Source of the DNA: Tricharina praecox
Taxonomy: Eukaryota
Length of the DNA stretch: 64,000 bases
Direction: 5' to 3'
Assembly: GCF_024521635.1 (NCBI RefSeq)
Contig: NW_026250413.1
Coordinates: 248,001-312,000, forward strand
Of the stretch, positions 36,754 to 50,030 are shown piece after piece (position 1 is the stretch's first letter; the number at the start of each line of letters is the position of its first letter). A program made the position numbers and the translations under genes. The notes under the pieces were generated by a model that saw only the letters and a program-made list of their open reading frames with translations, was not told the DNA's origin and did no database searches.

Positions 36754-38124
36754 CAGGTCTTCGGTTTTGTTTATCTACTCTGTCATATGCTTACCCGCCG
36801 GTTGCGTGCCGGTGAGAAACTGAGAGTGGATTCGATGGTTATCTTCGGGTTGTAGGGGGATTCATAGGGCATCACTCTCAAGGCCCGATGGGATGTGATG
36901 AGAATTGTCGTGGCTCCAACTACGTACAAGACCTGAGATGCGGGAGACCCAAGTACCGGGATATAGTACATACCTCATAGGCAAATCGCCCAGTTTCCGG
37001 CGATGACAATGGGATTCGCCTCCAAGCAATGAGATATCTCTCTGATCATCTGAGCCTGCCCATTCCGCAGCCCAAAAACTACATACTTCTATGTACCTAC
37101 ATCAACATACATACGACCAAGGCCCAGCTAGTTCCCTAACTACCCGCTGATGAGAGTGAACTTGGTGTTGAACACAGAACCTCACTCCCGAATCCCGAAT
37201 CGGTAAATACAGAAGTGTGAAGAGTACCTATCGAGCACTTTCACTACTGCAATCACTCGGTCTGCATGTTCCCACATGGAGCGCTCGAAAAAAAAGAAGA
37301 AAAAAACCGCCACAGATTTCGTTTCCATCGAGGGATACGATATATACATCTCGTACACTCAGTGAAGGCGGAGTGGGGGTATAAAAGAGCCAGTCTGAAC
37401 GAATAACGAGCACCGTAATCGAGCACCGTGATGAAGACTCAAGCACACATCGCAGAAACGCACCCCACAATGAGCACCTACTTCTTAGACACAAAGCTTG
37501 TGGAAAGACATGTACCATATCAGAAAATATTGCCGTAGTGTAAAACCTCGCCGCGCCCCTCATCCGTACAGGCAATAACTACCTCCATGAGCAACTCCGC
37601 AATACGCATCCCCATTGGTGCGAGTGGATGTGTACATAGCAGTAGACGTTTCAACTTTCACAAGCCATCACACAGCCATTGCTGCAGCCTACATGGTCTG
37701 AAATTTCAATCGAAACGTAGCGTAACGGCCTTCATACATACAGTACTCATTCATGAAAACGAACGCCCTACCAAGCAGCACCAAGCAGCACCAAGCAGGA
37801 AGAAGCGAGAAGCAAGCAAGAAGCAACGAAATCATCAGCATCAGCATCAGCCGGAGGCCTGTCGCATGGCGTCCCTATCATGGAATCCTTAGGAGTAAGA
37901 GCCAACAAAAAACACCCGTCATGATATTGGTCCTTACTTGTACCAAGAGAGAAGTAGAGAAGTAGAGAAGTCAAAAAAAACCCATCCCCATCCCCATCCC
38001 GTATTCCCTTTAACTACACACATTACGCCCTAGCAATGCTGTTCCCCACCATCCCGCCCCACCGTCCCACCATCCCCGGTCCCCCGCCCCACCGTCCTGC
38101 CACCCTATATATTCACATCACATC

Positions 38125-41100
38125 TCACAGATTCTCCATCATGCGATCAACCTCCTCGATTTCGACATCGAAGACCCTCCTATCGACAAGGATAACGACG
38201 CTGACGAGGGCGGCGTAAGCCTCACGCACCGCGCACGAGACACACGTCTTGGACAGATCCGCGGTAACCGAGGGCAGGCCCCAGAACGAGCACCACGCTC
38301 TGGCAAAGACCTCATTATCGGGGACGCCGTAGGCCTCTATGACGAGGACCTCATCGACATCACCGTCCTCTGGCTGGTCGTCGTCCTCGTCCTCATCCTC
38401 GACATCCTCGTCCCTGCCGCCCGACGTCCCCCAGTTCTGTATATCGACTAGGTCGTCGACGCGGACCTCGCGGAAGCGGTAGTCGGCAAACAGCACGTGC
38501 GGGCCGTTCTGGCACGGGTACGCGGCGATGAACGGCGTGTCGTGGCGCAGCGAGACCTTCCACGAGCGCGCCCGCTTCTCTACCGTGATGGCGAACGTGA
38601 TCGACGCGTCGAAGATGATGACAGGCTTCTTGTCAGAGTCGTCCTCGAGTGCTTGCCGGTGAACGCCTATTGGGTTCGAGGCCGCGGGCGTAAAGTTCAG
38701 CCGCTCGATCCGGATCGAGTCCACCGGGTTCTTGCTCGACGCGACTACCGGCAGGTAGTCCGCTACCGGGTAGGACTCCTGTCGCGGGCCTATGGGATCG
38801 CTGTAGTTCGACATGCCGCGGATGATACTTGGCGTGAGCTGGTTCCTTCGGGGCGGATTCTGCTGGATCAAAGCGACTTCCGAGCGGTCCAGGTCCGCCG
38901 AGGCCGAGCACGGGCCAATCCATCCAGCGATCTGCGTGACTCCCGCCGCAGCCCCCAGAACCTTCCCTACGATGCACTCCCACGACCAATACGTGCAGCC
39001 GCGGTATTGGAATCCGATATTTGAAACCGTCTGTTGGAGGTTGCGGAATTCCGGCGGTGTTTCAACATCACAGTCAATCAATGCGTTCATTAGAATAAAC
39101 GGCATCGACTTCCCCGGCAGCAGCAGTCCGGTGAACCATGACATACAGTTGGTGCTGCGGTCTTCGAGGTACTCTTCCGGATCGTCTTCCTCCGAAAATT
39201 CGAGAATGTCTTCTACCTCTGGCATGTTGGGCCACCTGAGAACTTAGTACAACGATATCCGGCACGAATCGAACGGAAGGATATATCGAGGGAAAGAGGA
39301 AGAGAGAGGGGAACAGCTATTTCCAGGAAGAACGATATAAAAAAAAGGGTCCCCACGATCCTACGATCGAAATGATATGGAATGCCTACTCACTTCAATG
39401 TCCAGGCAAAGTTCCTGAGCGCTGCGATTTGATTCTTTTTGTTTGGAAACCTGAACCCTACACTAGATTTCTGTTCTCCGCGACCCTTCACTTTCCGTGG
39501 TGGCTCAATTTCCACGTTCTCCAACCACCGCTGCGCTAACATGAGATCCCACCGGATCTTCTCAGGGATATCGGTTAGCGGCTTACCCCGTAAGCTCTTG
39601 GAGCTCTTCACTCTCAGGTGGAGTTCTGTCGCCAGGAGCAACTGGTGGAAGAAGCTATTTGAGATTCCTGGGTCTGGGTTGTTCAGGAATTTGGCGACTG
39701 TCTGATTGTCCGGCAGCGAGAAATCCACCCAACTCGGCCGGCATAGCGCAGCAACCAAATCCGAGATCTGATTATCCAACGATGATTGGTTTCCCCCGGG
39801 GTAATCGTATTTGTGATTATCATGCAGCAGATGCTCGTAGAGATGGTTGTGCAGGTCCACACTATCCTCCTCAATGCCCGCAACCTGAAGCTGTCGTAAC
39901 CGGTCAAGGACGTAGAGCATGGTGAGCTTCCGGACCTTTCCTCGGGCCGCAATTTCCGATCCCTTGAGCTCACTGCCGAAGCCTGCCACATAATAGGCCA
40001 GCGTCACGGTTCCAGGATATATCCCGAACGCATGGCCCATCGCGGGCCTTTCCAGTGCATCCGTCTGTTTCCCTTCGGGGGCTGAACTCATATCCCCGAA
40101 CGAATCACTCTGGAACGGTGCCGTGTCGGTGTATTCGTCCCATTCCTGGCCGGCGAAGGCGAAGAAGTGGAACTGCCCTCTCGGACCATTCGAGATCTCG
40201 CGGAGCTCGCCGCGAAACGTTGGCGCACCGTTTGCTACGTATTCTTGAGCTTCTTTTTCCGACAAGTCAGTTTGATAGCGGTTGGGCGGCCAGCGCCTCG
40301 GCGGTGCTTCGATCTGTGCGGGGGACGAAGGGGATGAAGGCGAATCCAAAGGATCCTGTGGAGGAAGCACCACGAGCGCTTGGCCCTCTTGCTCTATGCG
40401 GAACCGCGGTTTGGTCGGCTTGTACCGCGAGAGCGATACCTCGCTCAGCTGCGACGCCTCGTGAGGAAGAGGAGATGGTGCGGAATGGGGATGATGAGGC
40501 GCCATATCAATCGCATAACGGCCGGCGGGGGGAGCAGCAGGGTGTGAAGTGGGGTAGGAAGACGAGTGATGGTGATTCGAGTTCTGGCGGCGGTGTTGGT
40601 GTTGGTGGTGGTGAGGGTGGGGAGATTGAGACGGCGGTGGAGCATCGTATGTAGCGAATGGAGGAGGGTGTGAATGAGGAGGAGTGGGGTAGGAGGAGTG
40701 CGCCACGGGAATGCGATGTGCCGCTGTACGGGAGCCATCTTCGTAGGGAGAGTGAGGATCAATCGGTGAAGGGCCATACCCGTGAGATTCATAGACGCCG
40801 TAATCCGGCATGCCCGGAGCGCTCGCAGGTGACCATTGGGTATGATAGTCCTGCAAAGGGTCGCAGTATGTTAGAAGATCGAGCACGATGCAGGCGCGTT
40901 GGTAAATGTAAATGTGTTTATATACGGAAGAGGAATGATATGCCAAACAAAGTGCGGGGTGGACGTCTATGGAATGAGGGGATCGAGGAGGAAGAATAAG
41001 CAAGTAAGCATACCCCTTTGGAGTGTCTCGCACTCGATGTCCTACTCAGAACGGGCACTGGGCGAACGTGTAGTTCCGGTGCGTGGTGGACACGATATTT

Positions 41101-41127
41101 CGATGGACCCGCAGAAGATGATTTCAT
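38125..41127 (-). CDS. Uncharacterised ~893-aa protein; exons 41127-41014, 40850-39394, 39235-38125
   Basis: Two long ORFs joined in frame (AA|GTGAGT..CAG|G TGG); His/Pro-rich N-terminus, globular-looking C-terminal two-thirds ending ARAWCS..CVSCAVREAY. Confidence 0.85.
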
Positions 41128-44100
41128 TTCAAGAATCGGCGCTCGTGGCTATCTATGGAGTTTCGAATCCAGTCAGACAATGGTTCCCCGAGAAACCCTA
41201 GGGAATGACCCGAATATGTATATTCCACCTCTCCGTCGTCGTCACCGCCTGAGGGGGGCTGTCCGCCATCGTTGGAGTGGGAACTAAAAAAACGGCCTTG
41301 CTGCTGAAGCCTCCAAGGGAGAGCCAGATGACACGGGCATGGGTAGCGGCATGCAGGGGGGGTGGTGGGAAGGGAGGGTAGGTAGGTGGGTAGCATATGT
41401 AGCAATGAAGACGAGGGCGATGATGAGAAGGCGCCCGCAGTGCCAGACCAGACCGGAGAGGCAGCAGTGGGTTTTGTTGCAACGATATATGGGCTGCGAG
41501 ACGAGTGTGAAAGGATGAATGAATGTGTAGTATTGGTATGATATGTAGGTACGGCACGAGAGGCAGAACTGTAGCGCTCACCGAGTTGCAATAAACAAGC
41601 TCCTCCGACGCCACCGGAGAGATGGGCGGACGGACGGACGGGGTACGACAGACAGACGTGCGCACAGCGACGGCGACAGCGGGGAGAGGGGGGATGAGGC
41701 GGGCGGGTCGGAGGGGTAACGACAACAAGCCGCGATGGCCGCCGGATGTCAACTTTTGGCTAGTCGGGCTAAGACGTCGATAGGGATCTGTCGCTTGCGG
41801 CAAAAAACGGGGAAGCGGTATCACAAGTCTCGCGGGTTAGCAGTCGCTGGTCGTAACCGGTAGCTGGGGGGCAGAAGTTGAACGGTATGTAGGAGCGGAG
41901 TGATTTGATTGAGCGCGGAGGGGCGGTAGGGGAGGTTGGTGGGTGGGACGGATGGGCTGCAAAAAGCGGAGCGACGTATGGCGATGGCTGATCTCGATGC
42001 CGCTCTTCGCTTTTGGTTCGGTGGTAGTGGAGACGGTGACCGCGGTGGTGGTGGTGGTGGTGGTGGTGGAGGGTGGTGGTGGTGGTGGAGCTGCGGCTGC
42101 CGATGCTGGTGCTGCTGGGTGCTGCTGCTGCTTTGTTCTTTCTCCTCTCCGCAACTGACGCCTAATGCACGGCGAGTAGGTACTCGAGCAACGCTACGGG
42201 GATGCCTGCAGCTAATCGATCACGTCGTTCGTTAAGAACTAGGGCAGCGCAATATCTATGCACTCTGCTGAGGATGAGGATGATCGAATCTGTGCAGCCC
42301 CACTGTCGAGTGCAAGTTCGTATATATTCAGCCAGTAGACTGTACCGACTCGAGTGTTCCTCGATGAAGGTGCTGTGGCTTCCGTTCCTGCGAGCGTCTG
42401 AGGAGAAGTCCTTGTGCACGTGCAGCCCAAAATATCCACGGTGGTTATAACTGCTAGTAAGTAGGCGCGAACGGAATGCCGGGTAGATTACCGTCTCCTG
42501 TTGGGGGCTTCAGCAGAGATCCGATAACAACAGTAACAGCGGGACGAAGCAAGCAAGCGATGCGATGTCGGTGGCGGAGAACGGAGAAGGAGGATCGTTT
42601 CGGTCGCAGGAGTGAGCAGGAGTGAGCGAAAGATATTTGTGCTTGATTGGCTGCGAGCAGCCAGGCCAACTTCTGGGCAACAGCACGGATCCGGATCGGT
42701 AGTGGATGGTGGAGTGGTGATGACAGGCGTCGGTGGCTGCGGAGTATTGAGAGCGATCAGGGATAACTATTTCGCTCGCTGCCGGGTCATTATTGTCCTG
42801 CCACTGACAGTAGGGCGAAGCGTAGATATCGATGTCACGATAGAGATCGATGTCACGATAGAGTGTGTATCCGACGAAGGAGATCTACAAAGTATCAGGA
42901 GGCCTCCATTCACGCTTAACATTCCACAAATACTAGTAAACATTCTCCCGGACCCCAAATACGCAAGGTAACTTGGCATGGCAGGTGACGGACGGACGGA
43001 CTGTGAAGCGCAAGAGCTGGGGATTACGATACCGATGACCATGATGCAAACGTCCCCTCAGCGGAAGGACATCCCGGCTGCGAGATCCAGGCTCGGCGCG
43101 TACCTAGTTACCAGAGGACTTTCTTGGGTAAGTAGACCTGTTTGTGGTAGTTCTGTATCTAGACGATTCTCTGAGCTTTTAACCGATGCATATCACCAGC
43201 CTTCTCCTCCGCATAACGCTGCCACCCCCGCACGTCACAGCCTCATGACTGCAAGTATATACATATCTCGACCAGCAATCCAACTTGCTTCAAAGCGGTA
43301 ACTGGATACCCACCTAGAGTGTGCTCGCTTCCTTCACCCCACACGACGCCGGCGGCCGGTCGGTCAGGCGGTCTTCGATCCTGCCGGATCTGCCCGACGC
43401 TTGTCACATCATGACAGCTTCTCCGCTGATACCGCAGGTCCGCAGCTCGCTCTCGCCCGCAGGCCGCAGGGGTTGGGATCCGAGGCCTCCGTCTATTCTA
43501 TCTAGCGCTTCCTTGCAGGTCGCGACGGACGGACGCCGGATTAGATAATTCGCAACACATCAAAGCACTCGGCGGTTGGTCCTGTTCCGGGAAAATGGTT
43601 TCTGCTCGGTCCACGCCTTTGTCATCAGACACCAGAATACCAAGTCCCCGACTCACTGTCCCTCCATGGCTCATGAACCTGACGGAGAAGGATCGCCCCG
43701 GACACCTTATCGTAGCTTGCCTCAGCCGGCGTGCTGTGCAACTTGCGTGAGCACTTCCGCCTTAACTATCTGGAGGTCCGAGTCAACCTCGCTTTTGCCA
43801 ACACGTTACGGTCGGTGTGCCGGAGGGACGGGGCTTATGAGACGGATTGAGAGCCGATGTACGGGAGCGACTCGCCGGCTGGGTATTCCCAGTCCGTGGG
43901 AGTGGACGGCGGGACTTGGAGTTGCCAACTGGACCGTAGACGCGTGATGGACGTAACAAGTCGCCGTGGGATTCCCGTGAATAAGTAGGTAGTGGTTTGG
44001 TTGCGCTCGGCGGAGAGAGGGATTGAGGGAGGAAGACAATCCGAGGCCGTTGCTTGCTAGAGTACGATCGTTTGAAGCTGCCAGGTCGGATCGTTGTCCA

Positions 44101-44855
44101 GGAGTAGAGGGAATCCATAGGGAGAAAGTTACGACTGCTGGATGTCATGCGCACGTGACCACTAACCAAGTACGTTCAAACAAACTTTGGCCACGTCGGA
44201 CATCGTTAACACTTTATGCTTAATTGGCGTGGTCCGTCTTCCATTGCCCATCATCCCGACCCATCAGACTGACGGCGGAGCATCGAAAGTGCTTTTTAGA
44301 TGGCCTGGCCATTGGTCAGTCGGGCAAACACATAGCTTCCCGAAATACTGTGTTGAGCTCTGCGGGTGATCTCCATACTACATAGACTCATAGAGTATTC
44401 GTCCCCGGCTTTCTGGCCGGTGCTGTAACTATTACTAGTAGCTGTCCGGCTTTGGCATCTCCTGTGGTGCCTCACACGAACAATTACTTTGTACCTACCT
44501 AGAGTAGACAGCCACCACCACCAAAGGCGATCATTGTAGTTGAGCATAGCATAGCAAAGCGAAGCGTCAAGGGAATCGAATTCCCCAGGGCCCAAGCATC
44601 TGATTCCTGAATCCTCGATCTCGACTCCAGCCTTTCCGTTGGCCCGCTACCATGGAAATCATCCCCACTTCCCGCAAGCTTGCACCGGCGAAGGCCAGGG
44701 GGGCTGCTGCTGCGTGGTTGCACCTGCATTGGCCGTCGGTCCATGCTCGAAACCCACCACCACCCCACTCCATTCGCGGACACGCCGACAGGTTGGCAGT
44801 TGACCACCAGGCATGGGAGACATCGCGTCTCGTAATTGCTATATTTGCAAGCCCG

Positions 44856-45180
44856 TTATCGATCATGGTGCTCACGAGGCAGGCAGACAGGGAGGCAGGG
44901 ATAGCTGATAACTAGCTTCTGTACAGTTGCCTACATACCTGCTCTACTTACTATCACACGTACTCCCGGTCGCGGCCACAAACTCCACCTCCTCGTCGCC
45001 GAAGAGAGGCTTATCTTCATTCCTCGGAAAAAAAAACATACATCTGCCCAAAGTGTTCCCCCCTGCGGAGGCAAAAGGCTCGACGTCGTTGCTTTGTTTA
45101 TCCACCTTCGCCTGATCGTCGCGTTTCTCCCCGGCCTGCAGCTTCAAACCCACGAGTACATACCGCCCAGAAGGCTATCT
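44856..45180. promoter_or_regulatory. Cluster of GATA motifs upstream of the amino-acid permease
   Basis: GATAR cores at ~44856, 44900, 44907, 44951, 45011, 45098 and 45175. Confidence 0.4.
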
Positions 45181-45259
45181 ACATATCTACATTCGCGAGG
45201 GGCTTGCAGCAGCAGTCGATTGATTCCCCCCTCCTCCTCACCCCTCCTCTACCGACGTC

Positions 45260-48211
45260 ATGGCACGAGATTCGACGGCCGACGCCCAGCTGGCGGCTAT
45301 GGGCTACAGAGCGGAGCTTCCGCGTAACCTGAGCATGATGTCGATTCTTGGACTGTTTGTTATTCCTCTCTCTCGAAGAAGGAACACCTCGCTGATAGCT
45401 CCTCTCCAGATCATTTGCGATTATGGGTTCGTGGTCATCCCCCGCCCCATTACACCTCCACTGTCCCAGTATCGCTCTGCAAGCATGCGTGCATGATTGC
45501 ATGGCAGAAACGTTCTTCTCGATATCCATCCTCCCCACCCCCACACACGTGCAGAACGTGCAGAAGTAAAGTATCTATGATACACGCCACATCACCAAAT
45601 GCATCGATGTACAATACAATACTCTAGAGTATTATTTGTTTCTGTTTGTCACATTCCGCTAACTCAACTTTGACCGGCTGCAGCTGTGCCATTTGTGCGT
45701 ACATAATCCGTTGTTTTGTTTTCCATCCCGCACCTTGAAGTATTTCCAGCTACATTGCATACGTGCAAATCAACTGATCTCCGCTTCGCGCTTTGCTTTC
45801 ACTAGGGGTTGAGTACTACGATGTACATAACCCTGACGGACGGCCAGTCCGTCACCATCATCTGGGGCTGGGTCTTGGTCTCGCTGATATCGCTGTGCAT
45901 CGCCGCCTCGCTGGCGGAGATATGTGCCGTATTCCCGACTGCGGGAGGGGTCTACTATTGGTACATACATACTTTCTACCTATTCCGCTAACTAGTGGAT
46001 CATTGTGGATGGTTCCCCGGTTTCTGACCGTCTGCGTAAAGGTCTGCTATGCTGTCGAGCAGAAAGTATGCCCCGATTGCTTCGTGGATAACGGGATGGT
46101 TGACCCTGGTGGGCAACTGGACGGTAACTACGAGTATAAACTTCTCTGGCGGCCAACTGGTGGGTCAAGCAAGTCCGGATTCTTAAGTGTGTATGTGCCT
46201 TTGGCTGACTGACGCCTAATTCTTCGAAAAAAGATACTGAGTGCAATCGCCCTGTGGCGTGATGATTGGGCTCCGAATGAATGGCAGACCGTCCTGATGT
46301 TTTGGTGTATGTTTGAACCATCAAGCCGTGGTCTTTTTGTTTTTATTGCGTTTTAACACTGTGGCTGTTCTAGGTGTCATGCTGGTGTGCTTACTGGTGA
46401 ACATCTTCGGAGCGAAATATTTGGATCCCATCAACAAGATCTGCATCTACTGTACGCATGCAAAAAAAACCTCGATGACAGCTTTTGGAGCGAGACTTAC
46501 AAACCATCGTTACAGGGACCGCCGCCAGCGTTGTAATCATCATGATCACTCTGTTATCGATGGCCGACACCCGGCGGAGCGGCGAGTTCGTGTTTACGCA
46601 TTACGATGCGTCCGCTAGCGGGTGGCCGACAGGCTGGGCATTCTTTGTGGGCCTACTTCAGGCTGCGTACACGCTCACCGGTTACGGCATGGTTCGGCTG
46701 CTATCTAAATACCGCTCTGTGCTCTGGATCGACTGACCTTGCTATGTACCTAGGTGGCTTCGATGTGCGAAGAGGTTCAGAACCCCGAGCGGGAAGTCCC
46801 CAGGGCTATGGTGTTGTCTGTGGCCGCCGCCGGCCTCACGGGTGTCATATATCTTATCCCGATACTGTTTGTGCTTCCAAAGGTCGAGGACCTGCTCGGC
46901 GTCGCGAATGGGCAGCCCATCGGTGAGTGAGAGGAAATGTTCCTGTGGAGTACGTACCGAAGACGAGAACTGATAGAGATGTGTAGGCTTGCTGTTCAAA
47001 ACCGTGACCGGCAGCGCGAGTGGAGGATTCGGCCTGCTGTTTTTGAGTTCGTAGATTGACAGTCCGCGCATGCACGATGTAGCATATACCTTGCTGATCG
47101 GCTTTGCGTTTTTATCTAGTCCTGGGGATCTTGTTCTTCGCCGGAGTAGGCGCATTAACTGCGGCTTCGCGGTGCACCTATGCGTTTGCGCGGTACGTCG
47201 CCACTTCCCCCTCCACCCCTCCCCCCCCCCCTCCCCCTCCCCCTCCCCACCCCTCCTCCCCTCACGCAATCAGTGCAGTGCGTATCCGATGCTGATGGAT
47301 TGCCGTTATCGTGCAGAGATGGTGCCATCCCAGGTTCGCGGTTGTAAGTCCAAAAAAAACCCTTCCCTGCCCTGCCCGACGCTCGTGGCTGTCAAGCCCG
47401 CATTGCTGATGAAGATTATGCATAAAAATAAAGATGGTCGCAGGTTAACCACAAGCGGGATATCCCGCTCAATGGCCTGTTCCTGTCGACGATTGTGTGC
47501 TGCCTGCTGGGTCTGATCTATTTCGGAAGGTATGTGTGATATGATATGGGGATTGGAAAACGGCCGAACCGCATCTGCAGGTCCGAGCCGGGCGATACAG
47601 CTGCTGATTGATTCAATTCGATTATAGTTCTGCGGCTTTCAACTCGTTTACCGGCGTCGCGACTATCTGCCTGAGCACTTCGTATGCGATTCCGATCCTG
47701 ATCTCGCTGCTGCGCGGGCGGAAGCTCGTCAAGAACTCGCCGTTCTCGCTCGGGCGGTTCGGCGTGGCTATTAACATGGTCCGGCCTTGACTCCTGCCCC
47801 CCCTCCTATATACCCCAATTGCGATGCTGATGCTGATGCTGACAATGGTGTTTTCAATATAATAGGTGACAATGTTCTGGATCGGCCTGGCAGTGGTGCT
47901 ATTCTGCATGCCCGTTTCTATCCCTGTCCAGGCGGATGGAATGAGTGAGTTGCCCCCTCCCCCTCCCTACTCCCCACTCCTTCCCTCCACACGCAGGCGG
48001 GCGGACAGCGGGCGGGGTTAATACATGTGTTACTACAGACTACGCATCCGTCGTATTCGCAGGCTTCACCGCCATATCCGCGGGCTGGTACTTCATCCGC
48101 GGACGAAAGGCATTCAAGGGGCCGCCCGTCGCAGGCGTGGTAGGACCGGACGCCACGCCGCCGTCGTCCACTGCTGGGGTGGACGATGGCAGGGAGAGGG
48201 AAAAGGCTTGA
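45260..48211 (+). CDS. APC-family amino-acid/GABA/choline permease (ACT/Uga4-Hnm1-like), 16 exons including 17-nt and 11-nt microexons
   Basis: Spliced: LAAMGYRAELPRNLSMMSILGLSFAIMAVPFGLST..SLAEICAVFPTAGGVYYWS..GLLQAAYTLTGYGMVASMCEEV..ASRCTYAFARDGAIPGS..SSAAFNSF..MNYASVVF. Confidence 0.92.
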
Positions 48212-49983
48212 TTGAGTATCGTATGTACATTGTTTTCTTTTGTATTGTGGGTTTTCGGATGGATGAGGGTTTTATGTTTTGTGTAAGACGCGTTTGGAAA
48301 TGGCGGTAATGGGGCTGCAGGAATGCCCGTTAATGCGGTGGGTGGATGGGAGGTGTGTGGGTGTGGATTTGGATGTGTGTGTGTGCACATAATTTATACA
48401 CGAGCGGTATACATTCCGCTATGGTGTTTATACAGGTGTGTATACACATGAACGTGTAACTGTGTAGTAAGCTACTGGCGGTACGCATAGTCACTCTGGA
48501 GTCTACATGCAAGGAAAGAGTGCAATTAATTGACTTGACTTTTGCCCCATCGAGAGTCGACAGTCGAGAACGTCGATTGATACCGTACTTTGTTTCCTTT
48601 TGTCTTTTTTTCTTTTTTTCCTGCAGCCTGCAGCAGCAGCGTTAGGTGTGTTTCGTTTCGTTTCGGTTATTCACATTCACAATCGGGTCTACAATGCACA
48701 GATTGACTTGCATAATTTATCATGTACGGTATGCGTGTGTGCCTTGGGGTGGAAGAATAGCAGGGCTCTGGAGGGGGAGGAGTCTGAAGTCTGAAGGGAA
48801 GGTGCGGGATGAACCGGCAGCTTTTGATTTTGATTTTGCGCAAAGAGAAGAGAATCAAGAGAAGAGAATCAAGAGAAGAGAATCAAGAGAGGAGATGGCT
48901 GCATCGGGAGGATTGTTCGCAAGAGCCTCAGTGTGAGCACCGTGAGCACCGTGAGCACCGTAAGTACCGGTGGGGTGCGGCCAGGCTGCCGTACAATTCC
49001 GTTTGCCTGCCTGGACTGCCTGCCTGCCCCGGCGCCCGCACCTCCTCCCCTCCCTCCCCTCCTCCCCTACTCCCGCTCGGCCAATCCCCGCTCGGCAGGG
49101 AGGAAAGGGAGGGAGGGAGGGAAGAGGGAGGGAAGAGGGAGGGAACTTGAAAAAGAGAGAAAGAAAAAAAAGGGCAAAGAGCAAAGGACAAAGGGCATTT
49201 GGCACCGCACCCGGTCGACGCATCCAATTTACGTATTGTACAGCGACAGTGAACAGCGAACTCACCACGACATCGGACGGACGGTCGAACGAATGAACGA
49301 ATTACTGGGCGGCAGCGGCTGTGCCCAAGTCTGTCTGTCTGTTCGTGACGTCTGGGCTCTGGACGATGGGGAGAGAGCCGAGACATTTGCTGTGGAGCCC
49401 TCTTCCTCCTGGTCCTGCTCTTCCTCCTCCTCTCAGAAAACCACCACTCACGCATCCAGATACGTGAGAGGGTTACACGTTTCAACGTAGAGTAGAGTAC
49501 TCTGTGCTCTGTGCTGCGGACTGCTGCGCGGACTTCTCATTCGACAGCCCTCCCACCCTCCAGTCAGCGATTCCAGCCAGCCAGCAATTCCAGCCAGCGA
49601 CTCCAGCGACTTGAGTCTCCAATTCATGTCCGCGAGTCGGTAGAGATGGGTCTCTCTTTCTTTTTCTTTCGTTTTTTTCTTTCTGTTGTTTCTTTTCTTT
49701 CTTTGCTTTTCCTTTCTTTTCTCACGCTCTATCTACGGTACATGTATGCCGCCTAGTTAAAACTTGACGACGGCCCGGCGGGAATGTGCGACTCGGTGCT
49801 ACTGTGCTACATTTGCATGATATCTGCGATTCTGCGATTGGGTAATCGGGGAGACGCGGCTGGCTGACTGGCTGGATGTATGGCTGGCTGGTTTCGGTGG
49901 CAGGGAAGGCAGGCGTCGGCGGTGGCTTTTCTGGGCCGGCCAGCCAGCCAGACAGCCATGGTGGGGCCAAGTTGCTTGGAGGG

Positions 49984-50030
49984 CGGTGGTGGTGGTGGTG
50001 GTGGTGGTGGTGGTGGTGGTGGTGGTGGTG
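49984..50030. repeat. (GGT)n microsatellite
   Basis: About 15 units seen directly. Confidence 0.95.

Noticed and set aside
42400-44850. Possible degenerate transposon or gene
   Set aside because: Only short ORFs; no transposase or RT motifs, terminal repeats or target-site duplications seen.
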